Notes: a model not told the origin generated them from the letters alone. Positions 28,441 to 40,858 are shown, counted from the stretch's first letter. The stretch: 64,000 nucleotides of DNA from the human T2T-CHM13v2.0 reference genome, Homo sapiens (GCF_009914755.1 NC_060935.1); one strand, 5' to 3'. A program made the numbers and translations.

Positions 28441-29559
28441 ATTAATCCTGGGGCTGTGGCAGTCTATGAGGCGCATCTTCCCCTAAAACCCATGACAGAA
28501 GCGCTGGTCCCATGCCTGTGGGCATGGTCTGGACATCGGTGGAGGAGGCATTTGTCTCCAGGTAGGTTCTATGGACACTTTGAGGCTAGTGCCTGTGCAG
28601 CTGGGTTTCCCACAGGCCTCTGGGACATTGCCCCATTATCTGGAGCTGAGCTCTGGGTACAGGGATGCTGAATACCCTCATACCAGAGCTCCAGGCCAGA
28701 GATTAAAAATGCCTAGTGGGCGGTGTTTAGCACAGCCCACTCTTGCTGAGACCCCCCCCCCCCCTTCTTCTGGCATGAGACCTGGTCAAAGAATCAGCCC
28801 AAGTTATCACCTGCCCCTGCTCAACCTTGGTCCCCTGGGGATGCTACACAAAGTAAAGGGCTTGCCTAGAAAGCTACTCCTTAAGCAGAAAGGACCCTGT
28901 GCCATGTTGCCAGGGCCCTGAGTAGCAAATGTAGGCATTTCATGCTGCTGCCTGATTGCTTTCAGGGGTGCTCCACTCCTCTTAATCCAAAGATTTATAC
29001 TTTCTTGATTTGATAGTGGGGCAAAGTTAGATGAGTGGGCCATTATCAGGTAGTTAAAGAGTCCAGGCTGTTCGCTTCACTGGGGCAGTCATGTCTCCTC
29101 TCTGGGCCTCTGTTTCCTTATTCATAAAGGGTGCTGGTCATGCTGCCTGCCTTCTCATGGAACGGGCATAGCACATCAAAGCATGTGGCGGATTCTCGAG
29201 CTGTACCCAAACAAGCGCTCTCTATGCAGGAGGCGCTTATTTTCCCATCATCATTGCAGGCACCCACTGTCCCTATGTCTCCAGAGCCCCACACCTTGGA
29301 CCACCCCACATCCCTGGACTACTGGCCCCAGGGACCGCCCTGACATTGTGACCACCTGGGACAAGACTCAGAGGGCCTGGCCATGAGCGGCAGGTGCAGA
29401 GTAGGGGCAAAATCTCATCCTATGCTCCACGGTGCCTGCCACTTGCTGACCACCAGCACCCTGATCCTCCAGGAAGGAAGAGAGAGGGTGGAAACCCGCA
29501 AAAGAAATCAGCCAGGCCTGAGTTCTCCAGGCAGTGGTGCCTGCGAGACTTTACATTCA

Positions 29560-29800
29560 GGAAGCTTAGCTGACATTTATGGCGGGAAGTTTTATTTCTG
29601 TGGTAAATAACCTCGAATGGTATAGGTCATTAGACTAATAACAGCAGATAATTAATTTTCTAACTCTTTTTTAAGCTGGCCACATATTACAAGAGAAATA
29701 TAATTTATTCTTTTTCTTCTCTTGCGGATGTGACCGTGCTTATCCCGTTGTCCTGCCCATCAGAACGGAGATGGCGGGAGTTTTCCCTTCCGCCCCCGGT
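29560..29800. promoter_or_regulatory. Candidate enhancer-like element
   Basis: TGACATTTATGGC (MEIS+HOX), GGCGGGAA (E2F-like), GGTAAATAA (FOX), GATAATTAATT; repeat-free. Confidence 0.45.
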
Positions 29801-29856
29801 CTGCTAAGACACTGTTAGAGGTTACAAGTAACCCCGCCTCTTCTTCTCCCTCCTAG

Positions 29857-29899
29857 ACGTTATTCTCCTTCAAAAGCTCCTTCCTCACCACCATCTGAG
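29857..29899 (+). other. Candidate 43-nt micro-exon B (paralog of A)
   Basis: Pyrimidine tract CTCTTCTTCTCCCTCCTAG| acceptor, upstream GTAAC branch-like motif, donor GAG|GTGGGT. Confidence 0.3.
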
Positions 29900-32269
29900 G
29901 TGGGTTTTCATTCGCCCTGCCCTGTTTCCCATGGGTCTTGGGCACAGGGGCTGGTGCTGATTTCCAGGGCTTTGACTGAAGGCCTCTATGTCGTCCCCAG
30001 CCTGAGTACAATGCCGGGAGAGGTGCCCAGTCGCACTGCTCGCAGCCCCACATCACCACACTCGTGCCTTCCCCTGAGCCGCTGCACCCACCATTCCCTA
30101 CGGCCCAGTGCCTGGGCCCCTGCTCTCTATGTAAAGCCCGTCTGCTGCCCGTGGCTTGGTTCAGCTCCTCCGTAACTGAGCTCATCCTCACAGTGTCCAG
30201 GAGGGAGCTTCGGGAACTCCTGCGCCAGGCACTTTGTATATATGATCTCACAGAAGTTTTGAAGGCGGTTCCAACACCTTCATTTTGGAGTTGGGGAGAC
30301 TGAGGCTGAATGCGGCTGAGCCGGGATGGGCATCTAGCTCAAAGCAGGACCCCTCAGGCCCCGCTGCCCACATGCCTCTATTTTTATCAGCCATTAGGCT
30401 CCTCATGTTCCCCTCAGACTTCATGAGTGTTGCATTTTCCAAATCCCTGGAGCTCTAATCAAGATGACTCTTCTTCCCCATGGGGACCATGGGCCCCTAT
30501 GCACCCTCCATTTCCCTGTATTTCCCACAGAGCCCATCATGGTCCTGAGCACTTCTCAGTAATACCTGTATGTTTTAAAGGGTTTATGTTGCATAAAGCC
30601 CTTTCATCACACATTGCATTTCAACCTTATAGTATTTCTGTAAGGGACACATCAGCATGTCATTATTCCAACTTCAAAGATGAGAGACCGAGGTGCTCAA
30701 GGTGATACTGCTGGGTCGATGTGAAGAGGGAACTAGAATCAAATCTGTTGCCCCCATCCAAGAGTTTCCCTGCCAGCACACCAGCTTATGGAACTTAGGC
30801 AAGGATGGAGTGAATCCTCCCACTTGCTCCCTCCAACACAACCAAGGCAGCCTCTGTTCAGGCAGCGCTTCCCAGGGTGGGGAGCGGCTGATCCTCACGA
30901 CCTCTGAGCTGAGGAGGGAATAGCAGGAACCTGAGGCCACAGGCCACTCTACCTTCCCTGCCCGACCTCCTCGTGCAGGGAGAAGCACCAGTTTCAGTCA
31001 CGTGCAAAATGTAAAATCCTTTACTAAACCCCAAATCTAGAATCTCAAAAGTGACTTCCAGCCCAGTCAATTCCGATATTCTGGCCCCTTGTATAGAATT
31101 CCTGTTCATCCTCTGAGACCCATCTCCATACCGGCTCCTCTGTGAAGCATCTCCTCCTTGGACTTGCACTATCTGGTCCCATAGCACTTGTTTATTCTTA
31201 AATGGGAGTCACTCTGACTTGCATTGTGGTGAAGGGTATACCCGGGGCACAGTCTTCTGGGATGGACACTTCCATGGGAAGGGGAAGTTATACGTGGACT
31301 TATATCCTCCTACACTCTCATCTAGAACCATCTATCCAGAAGCAGGAGTTGTTTCTTTTAGAAACCAGATGGCTCAATCTGCCCATTTTACAGGTGAAGG
31401 CAGTGAGGTCCCAGAGAGATAAAGCATCTTGTCCAAGGTCACAGAGCCAGACCTAGACTCTAGGCTGCCTGGCTCCTAGTTCAGGGCTCATCCCACCCCA
31501 GCCAGCTGCTGGCTAGACAGAATCCACCCAACCTGGCCCAGACTCTCTGGTGGGAAGTCAGGGATGCAGTGGTCAGGATGGGCATCAGAGCCAGCAGGCC
31601 CTGAGCACGGCTAACCCAAGTGGAACATGAACTTCCTAAACTCGGGTGGAAGTTAGAAATGGCATATTGATCAGTGCTAATGAGCTTAAAACATCCAGGG
31701 ATTAAAAAAAAAGATGAAGAAGCTCTACTTCAAGCATAAATCTGCTCAACAGAAAGGAGACCTGGTTACGCTCTCTATGATATGTCACTGTCTGGAGGCT
31801 GAAGCGGGGAGGTACATGTGGGGTGTGAGATTTGGCTTTGGCAAGGTGGCATCCCTGGTGCCGAGACCTGAGTGTCCGCCATTACCTCCCGGGGACAGGA
31901 AAGCTCCAAGTTGCTGCTCCCCAAGCTGGGAGGCCACGGAAGCTGATGGCTGCCCACGCTGAGTGCTGTAGGGCTCAGAGTACTGGGGGATGGGTGCACA
32001 TGGGGAGCCCTGGGGACAAAGGACAGTGCTCTCCCACCCCAAGAAGCAGCAGACAAGGGGGCCTGGACAGACTGGGCAGGGGTGATGAGAAATTACTAAG
32101 ACAACCGGGCAGAGAGAGCAACAGAAACTGCAAGTGGCAGACCCACACAACGGGAGAGATGGACAGAGACAGGGAGACTCAGAGACAGTCAGGGAGACTC
32201 AGGCAAGGCTTGGAAAAGGTGGGAGGGAGGAAGTGAGAGAGAAAGACACTGAAAAAAGAGAGCAGGGAG

Positions 32270-32562
32270 AAGCCATGGTGGCTCGCTCCTGTAATCCCAG
32301 AGCTTTAAGAGGCCAAGGTGGAAGGAGTGTGTAAGGCCAGGGGTTTGAGACCAGGCTGGGCAATAGATCAAGACCCCAACGCTACAAAAAATAAAAATAA
32401 AATTAGCCGGGCATGGTGGCATATGCCTGTAGCCCCAGCTATTCAGGAGACTGAGGCAGGAGTTCAGGGTTGAGACTGCTTGAGCCCTGGAGTTCAGGGT
32501 TACTGTGAACTAGGATTGCACCACTGCACTCTAGCCTGGGTGACACTGTCTCCAAAAAAGAG
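32270..32562 (+). mobile_element. Alu (AluJ-type), short tail
   Basis: GCCATGGTGGCTCGCTCCTGTAATCCCAG...CCACTGCACTCTAGCCTGGGTGACA. Confidence 0.9.
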
Positions 32563-33210
32563 AGAGATGGGGAGAAGATTGCCTCTTTAAGCCCGACAGG
32601 AACTGAGAGACAGCACAGTGAGGCAAGGGAGCAGCAGACTGCAGACAGACCTGCAGTGTCCCCATGGAGAAAGCGCGAGATGTCACCCCTCCTGCCCTTC
32701 TGTCCCCCACAGGGCACAGGAATGACATCTCCCATTCCAGTGCCCCTTCTTCTTCTTTCGTACAGTTCCCTCACCTGCTGGAGGGAGGAGTGGGGAGAGG
32801 GGAAGAGGCAGGAAGACAGACACAAGTGAGCCCGACTGCACTGCCTGAACAGGCGTCGAATGCACGTCACATGCCTGCTTGCTGCTAGTGGGCCCAACAC
32901 ACACAACATACATCTGCTCAGCTCAGTGGCCTTGCAGACACACAGATCTCCACTCCCAAACCTGGCAGTGAGTTCTGCCATTCCAGGGAAAGGCATGGGA
33001 GAGAGGCAGCAGAGGGAGACAGCCCACCCTGCTGAGGGAGGACCTGGCGGGCCTGTCTCTCTATTGCCCCTGCCTTGTACCAAGCACTTGCTCCACCAGG
33101 TCTTGCCGGAGCTCTGTGGCCCCACAGCCTTGAGGATCATGATGGCCCTGTGAAGTCAGAACAGGTGTAGTCCCGCCTTACAGATTTGGAAACTGAGGCA
33201 TAAAGTGGCC

Positions 33211-33242
<32 letters not shown>

Positions 33243-33369
33243 CATAGGGTGGTAGAAGGCAGGGCCGGTGTCTGAAAACAGGAAGCCAAGTGACTCCAGA
33301 TCCAGGAGTGAGAATGAGCCTTTCCTGAAAAGCATCCCCATTGGACCATTTTAGATGGTGGCAAGAGCC

Positions 33370-33600
33370 CAGCAGGAGGAAGAGTGCCTGGGTTCAAAGC
33401 CCGGCTCCGATACCCTTCCTAAATGTGTGACCTCAGCAGGTTGCATGAACTCTCTGTGCCTTCGTTTCCTCATCTGTAAAACTGGGATCACAGCATTTAG
33501 GTCAAAGGGTTATGAAGACAAAATGAATTGGACACATAAGTGCTCAGAATGTTGCCTGGCACATAGTGGGCACTCAATAAACATAAACATGAAATTCTAA
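33370..33600 (+). mobile_element. MIR SINE
   Basis: GCCTGGGTTCAAAGCCCGGCTCC...TGTGTGACCTCAGCAGG...GTTTCCTCATCTGTAAA. Confidence 0.8.
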
Positions 33601-35703
33601 TATTTTATAGGAGGGAGAATGGCAGTGACAAAGGTCGGGGGAGGGCTGGGTGAAAGGGAAGAAAGTCACCCTCAGGAAATAGAAAGGGGCCTCTGGAGAA
33701 ATAGCTCTGCTGGACTCATAGCCCTATAGCCTGAGGACACAAGAGTCTGGGGGAGCCCCAAATCTGAGCTACCTGGGGGCCTCCTGCTGCTGCTTACTGC
33801 TGGTGGTACTGTCCCTGCTCAGCAGATACGATGAGAGTTTTTCTAGCACTCCAGACAGGCTCTCCCACAGACACAGGGCCTGTTGGACCCGGGCAGAGGG
33901 AGAGAGGGAGGCCCACCAGGGTTCCTGGCTACATCCACTATTCCCCAGGAAGCCCAAGAGGAGAGCTGCGGGCTGCAGGCTCCAGCCAATGTTCACCTGG
34001 CACACCCCAAACAGTCTTCTTAGTGTCCCCCTCCATGGGATCCTAGAACTTTCTGGGGCCTAGCTCTCCGGGGAGATCAGAAGAATTAGTTCAGCTCCAC
34101 CTAAAGGCCAGTGTCTTCAGGGACAGTTACATTTTGAAAGAAGCCCAAAGGGAGAGAACAACAGAATACATTAGAATATCAGACATAGGGAGCAGGCAGA
34201 TATTTCTGTGAGCTTGTGCATGTGCACACACATGTGATTGTGCCTGTGTGTGTGTGTGTGTGTGTATGCATGTCCCATTACTCCTTCAATCAATCATCCA
34301 CTCATCTAACCATCCAGCATCCAGCCACTCCTACTTTCGAGGCTTCTTCCTGGGCCAGGCCCTCAGCTATGCTCTGGAGCGACAGAGGCTGGTGACCTGG
34401 TGCCTGTCCTTGAGGAGAAGGCCCCTAAGCTAAGGAGAGAAGGTCTATAGACAGGAGGTCCCTGGCTGAGTCACAGGCCCCTAGCAGGCCAGAGAAGGAG
34501 GAGGTCTTAGAGGAGCGGCAAAGCCTCTCTCTTGCAGATAAGAATGTTGCAGCCCAGGTTTGGAAGGACACGTACAGCTCACCTGGCCCAGCCCTCTCCC
34601 CAGTGGCCATATAGCCTAATGGTTAGGAACTCTGCCCGATGTCGACAGTCCTATCCCTGCTCAGCAGACACGACCGGAGGCTTTTCTCAGTCACTGGCCC
34701 CAGGTCATCACGGACTATTAGAGTTAGGAGAGACATCAGCAGTAAACTTGTTGTAGCCTTTTCCTCATAAGGAAATGTCTCCTAAAGCCTCCTTATCAGA
34801 GGATAGCCACATGCGGTCTTGGATGCTCCTGGGGCCAGGAAGCTCACCACTTCTCGAGAGAGGCCAGTTCATTTTCAGGCTGCTCTTGCTGCTGGTTTTG
34901 GTGAGCAAGAATCAGCTCCCTCTGACCCTTACCTTGACACTAGCTCAGCTTTCCCCTAAGCCTGTAGGCACCTGAAGACAGGAACTATGAGGCTTTCTTG
35001 AAGCCTTCTTGTTTAAACTTTGCTCATATGATGAGTTTCCTGCCCCTCCCACCAGCCTGGCCCCCCGCTCATCCTAGGGTGCAGCAGGCCATAAAAGGGA
35101 TTGCTCCTGGGAGCCGATATGCCACCAGCCAATGTGGTCAAAAACACAAGTGCTTGTAAGTAGGAGCCGTAGTAGACTTGCTTTGAGTTTTATGGCATGG
35201 CCCTGATATTTGGTCAGGTCTGAAATGGGGTTTTGTTGAAGGGAATGAATGCAAGAATTTTCCCCATTCAAAAAGTTCAGGTTTGCGTGGGTCAGTTGCC
35301 CTGGAAGGGCTTTGATTTCTCCGTATCTAACAGTAATACTAATTAATTCATAATAATAGTAACTACCATTTATTATGTGCCAGGCATCATGAAAAGGGCC
35401 CTATATGTATCATTTAATTCTCTCAATAAAACTAAGAGGAGGACATTATTTAAGAAAAGGAAACTGAGGCTTCCAGGAGTTACCTTAAGCCTAAGTTTAC
35501 ACAAATAGTGAGTAGTAAGTTCAAAGCTGGAGTTCCCAACCATTAGGTCATACAGCTGCTTGGGAAAGGACGGGCCAGGCAGGCTGTAAGTATCCTTTCA
35601 ACCCTGGGACACTGTCACCTGCCCTTCAGCCTTCTGGTCAGGAAAGATAGCACAAAGCCAGGTCTCTTTCTCTGTCATCTGGAATTTGGGGGTGACAACT
35701 CCA

Positions 35704-35807
35704 CTGAGAAGGGTGGTTGTCTGGGGACAGTGTGTGTCTCTCTGTGGCCTGAGAAGGGTGGTTGTCTGGGGACAGTGTGTGTCTCTCTGTGGCCTGTCTC
35801 TCTGTGG
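35704..35807. repeat. Exact 45-bp tandem duplication plus partial third copy
   Basis: CTGAGAAGGGTGGTTGTCTGGGGACAGTGTGTGTCTCTCTGTGGC at 35704-35748 and 35749-35793. Confidence 0.97.
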
Positions 35808-37999
35808 GAACCTGGGCAACCTTTGCCTGAGAAGTCAGGCCTTCCTGCCTCGCCACACCTTGGCCAGCCTGGGTCTGGCCACCCTTCAGTGAAAGAGATT
35901 CCTCCTCCCAACTGCAAGAGCTGGAGGGGTAGGGAGGGGACAGACACGGCTAAATCCAGCCTTTGCTCCCTGTCAACACAGAAAGAGGGCTCTGAGTGCT
36001 CTGAAAACTGGGTTAAAAATGGCTTGGCTGTACCTATCTTATCTGCTTTACACTGAAAGCCTTCAGCGCGTGGCAGGTTTTCACGCAGAATTTTCCTTGC
36101 TAATCCCCTTTGTTAGCTCTGATACTGACATTGCAATACCAACCTCGTCTGGGCGATTTGAAAGGGATTACAGACCCTCAATCCTTCAGCATGTGGGAGA
36201 AGAATGTTTTCTCAAATCAAATTTTTCACAAACCTGTTTTCAAAAATAATCAAAGTGCAAATCCCTCCTTGGGATTGAAGGGTAGGGGGAAGACACTTGT
36301 CTGTTCGAAACGCAGCACGGCAGGCAGAATGTCATCCTTTTGGAGGGCGAGGCAGAGGTGCAGGCCCACCTGGTTGATTAGTGGCCCTTCGTGTCCTCCA
36401 GACTTTGATGCCTGCTAAGTGGGGTCTGCGAGGGGAGGGCAGGGCAGGCGCTTTGGCATGTGTGGTCACTGAATGGGACCCTGTTCTCTGAATGGTACCA
36501 TGTGCATGCCTGAGGGGCCAGATTCAAGTTCAATTTCAACAACTGTGTATTAATAACCTATCACATGCCCTGCACCGTGCTGGAGATTGTGGAGGACACA
36601 ATGATGAATCCAGTTTTACACTTGCCTTGAGGAAATCACAGTCTAGCAGGCAAGCGGCAAGTATCCAGAGGCTCCCGACCCAGGGCAGAGGGGGACCGGA
36701 CTGTCACGGAGCATCAAGGACAGGGAGAGGGATGATTCAGTTCCCTCATGCAGCTTCCTGGAGGTGTAGGAGAGTGTGGACGGGAGCTGTGCTTCTTGTG
36801 GGCTGGAATCTTGGATACCTTAAAGGTTATCCTGCTCTGAGCAGAAAGAGGGCCAGTGGGCATCAGGAAGACTCGAGTTCTGGCCTGGCTGTCACTGTCA
36901 CTGGCTGTGTGACCTCTAGTCACAATGATATACCCTTTCCAGCCTCCGCTTCATATGGTGGCATTAAACTGTGACTGTGTTCCCCCTTCTGTCTGGCTTG
37001 GCAAGACAGCCCTGCCGAAGGCCCGTCCAGCTCCTAGATGAAGCTTTAGGGGGCCAGGCAAAGGTAACACATGCTGCAAGATGTTGCGGGCCTGGGGATT
37101 TAATTCCAGTTGCTCAGGGCCCTGGAGTAAGCCTGAGTCTGTGCTGCCTGGAATTTGCATTAGTGATTTTGCCTTAATACTCTGGTGACAGTAGCTGATC
37201 CACAGGCTCCCAAAGCCACATCCACTTGCAAATCCTCTTCCCTCCTGCCAACTCCTCCCATCCCCTTCAGCGGTGCCAACACAACTGTCCCTCTAGGTCC
37301 CCAGCTGCAAGGTGGTCCCCTACTCCTCGAGGCTGCGGTCGTGGTGGTGGGTCGCAGGTTGGAGCTTGGACATCCTGAGCTTCATCTCGTTTCAGGACTT
37401 GTCTTTCTTTTCCTGGTCCCAGAAGGAGTTGAAGTCTGGTGGCTTTCAAGAGCCAAAGCCTCTGGCAGTAAATGGGCCTTGACATCAGATCTTGTCTCTG
37501 GCGCAGTGCTGTGGCAAGGCACAGGGCACGAGTGTGGCCACGCCATAAGTCCTCTCCTCCCTCAGCTGGCACCATCATGTCTGCTGCCCACCAAACCCAT
37601 GATAGGTCGCACAACAGTCAGCAAATCGCCCTTTCGGGGGCTGATTAAAGATGGATGCGCAGCCCCTGAGGTGGCTGGAAGCACAGGCTGCTCTCAAATG
37701 CATAACCCCAATATTTTCTTCTTAAGCAATTCTCTTGCTCTTTGATGTTCTGCAGCGGCACACAATCAAATTCAGTTTGATGCACAGAAGTGGGAGGAGG
37801 AGCGGATGGGGAGGGAGACAGAAAGCCCCAGCTCTACTCGCCCATTCTTTCCAGGCAAATTCAGTTTTACCATTTCATCCCTGGCTGGTCAGGAATTTAG
37901 TGAGCTGTGGGTTGTCTTTTCACAGCGCCAGAGTCCCGGATATCCAAGGGATGTGGTGCCAGTGGTTGAGTTTTATGGCTTTAAGTGCAGAACGTCCTA

Positions 38000-38008
38000 G
38001 TGTGTGTG

Positions 38009-38040
<32 letters not shown>

Positions 38041-38044
38041 GTGT
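38000..38044. repeat. (TG)n microsatellite
   Basis: Direct read. Confidence 0.95.
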
Positions 38045-38137
38045 TTAATTCTGTGACTCACTGGTGAATTCTCCATTTCCCAGGGTGCAGCAGGGGTCAG
38101 GGGAAGGAGGGGACGAGGCTCAGAATAATATTCGTTG

Positions 38138-38320
38138 AGGAGGGGAGAGAAGAAAAAGGAAATGAAGAAAGAGAAAGGAAAAAGGGAGATCAGAGGGATC
38201 AAAACAGAAGAGATGGGAAGGAAAAGAGAAAGGGCAAAGGAGATCGATCAAAGTTGAAGAGGGAGAAGGCAAAAAAAGGGCAGAGTTTATGAGAAAGGAG
38301 AAGAAATGAGGGAAAAGAGG
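38138..38320. repeat. GA-rich low-complexity polypurine tract
   Basis: Almost entirely G/A on the + strand. Confidence 0.85.
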
Positions 38321-39224
38321 ACATCACCCTTGATGGCATGCAAAGGAGGAGGTGGTGATGTAGTGAAGTCATAACGCTGGGTGGGAAACGCTGCTTTAGT
38401 CAAAATCAGGTTACAATCGTGGATATCTACAGCTGGGGTTCAGGGGGAGTCTCTGAGGTCCAGGTCATATAAAGGACTTGTCCAGGGGTGAGTCCCATTC
38501 CCACACCCCTCAGCCCTTCATTTCTTTCATCCCTACCCCATTCCTACAAAGAACATGCAACTGAGCTGTGTTCAGAGGCAGAGGTTTTAGTAATTTCCCT
38601 TCTGCATATGTGCGGATCACAACTGGTCCCCCGACCATCCTGCTGTGCTCCTTGAAGCCAGGGACCTTGCCCTGGCTGGTGAGGCGGGGGTTAGAAATAG
38701 GGAAGGTTCGTAAGATAAATGATGGGAGTTCTTATCTGAATGAGGAAAAACCGAGCCTTTCATCTGCATGATGGCTACATTGCATCGAATTACATCCATA
38801 TGTCTCCTGGCCAGAACATTTGGGGAATAGGTGAGTATTTCAAGCATTCCTTTTTAAGAGTGGAGCGGCAAGTTTCATTATCATATTTTAATTAAAAGGA
38901 AAAAATCCTATTAAACAATTCCCAATGTATTGGGATTAGCAAAACCCAACACCTGGGACCCAGTAACTCAGCACGTATGAACACATGAACAAGACGTATA
39001 TTCCTTAGAAATTATCCCTACACCTGCCCCTCCACTCCAGCTAAGTAAATGGCTTCCTATGGGCTCTATCCTAGGCAGGCCAGAATAGGAGGCCCATGCC
39101 CCACAGACACCACCTGCCTCACTCCACGAAGGAGAGGGGGAAGGGAGGGACGGAGCAGGGAGCCACACTTCCCCCTGCCTCACTGAAACCCCCAACCCCT
39201 TAACTCAAAGCACTGCTGGCAAGA

Positions 39225-39465
39225 AACCTGGCTTTAGAATCAGGTCCTGGGCTTAAAACTCAGTTTCACCAATTACTAACTGTGTAACCCTAGGCAATTC
39301 TTGATTTTTCTGAGCTTCCATTTCCTACTTTGTAAACTGTGAATTTTACATCTACTTTGTAGGGTCGTTGTAAGGTTTAAAACTTATACATGAAAAGAGC
39401 CTGGTACAGTGCCTAAGTAGTAGTCAGTAAATAAATGGGAGCTATTATTGTTATTATTAATATTA
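39225..39465 (+). mobile_element. MIR SINE
   Basis: GGCTTTAGAATCAGG...TAACTGTGTAACCCTAGGCAA...AGGGTCGTTGTAAGG...(TTA)n tail. Confidence 0.7.
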
Positions 39466-39802
39466 TTATTTAGTAGACAAGATAGAGGAACTACTTCCAG
39501 AAGCTCCAGATAAAATACACCCTGTTCATGAACACCTTACTCTATGCTGGTTTTTCCATTAGCCGTGTCACAGCTGGTGGGGTCATGCTTTCTCTTGCTC
39601 CTGGCCTTTGCACATGCTGTTCCCTGAGCAGGAGCCCCCTTTCCAGCCCTACATCCCTCCCCACTTTGCCTGCTCATCCATCAGTCCTTGGGCCCTTGCC
39701 TCCAAGGAGCCTTCCCGACACCCAAGACTGGGGTTGAAGGCTATTCCCTATGCTCACTGCAATCCCAACATCTCTCTCAGAGCATCCTAATTACCTGTGT
39801 AA

Positions 39803-40206
<404 letters not shown>

Positions 40207-40746
40207 TCAATAAGTAGATTAAAAAGAAATGAATGAATCAGAGAGAAAATGAAATAGAATCAGATCAAAATCAGTAGGGAAAAGTGGCAAAGGAAATGAG
40301 AAGTCCACATACAAACAATTTAGAGGTCTTACTAGGACTACATGTCAAGATATGGCTTCCCCCCAAAAGCCAATGCACTGTGATTACATTAGCGGAGAAA
40401 TAATCTCCATTCAAAGGGTAATGACTCTGCTCCCCTTGCATGGGTAAACACCGCTGGGTGCTGGATTCTGTTTCAGGTTCCCTCCTTCAAACACCTATCT
40501 ACAAAGCACAGCCCATTCTGTAGAGGCCCCCAGAATGGTGAGGGGACCCCACTCCTCACATATGCAGACATGGTGAGGGGCAGAGGACATTAGCTCTGTG
40601 GAGGTGGTTTAGGCTTTTCCCTGTGGCTTTCTTCAAGCTGGGCTCTCCTGGGGCAGGGGTAGGGCCTGGATGTGTTCTGGGTGGCTCCAGGGGGAGACCT
40701 CAAACCAGTCAGTAAACATTATGAAGAGGCAGATTTGGGTTCCACA

Positions 40747-40858
40747 GAGTGTGACCAACCATCCCAGTTTCTCAGGACTGTCTCTGTTTTAGCACTGAAA
40801 GTCCCATGCCCTGGGAAACCCCTTAGTCTTAGCAAACTAGGACAGCTGGTCATCCTAG
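40747..40858. mobile_element. MER96-like hAT-Tip100 MITE
   Basis: Terminal inverted repeats AGAGTGTGACCAAC ... GCTGGTCATCCTA around GTTTTAGCACTGAAAGTCCC. Confidence 0.7.

Noticed and set aside
29853-30251. 132-aa minus-strand ORF ending inside the duplicated 47-mer
   Set aside because: It has a non-ATG start and no recognisable homology; I found no support beyond its length.
30400-31800. Vague resemblance to a segmentally duplicated human sequence
   Set aside because: Based on recollection only and cannot be supported without BLAT; no locus is named.
32439-33140. 233-aa minus-strand ORF
   Set aside because: It ends in antisense Alu-derived peptide ([10 protein letters not shown]) and has no recognisable domain or exon structure.
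35704-35807. CRISPR-like direct repeats
   Set aside because: The copies are adjacent with no spacers, the context is eukaryotic, and there are no cas genes.
37185-37745. 186-aa ORF with a hydrophobic stretch
   Set aside because: GTG start, no family motif, and no convincing splice or codon signal.
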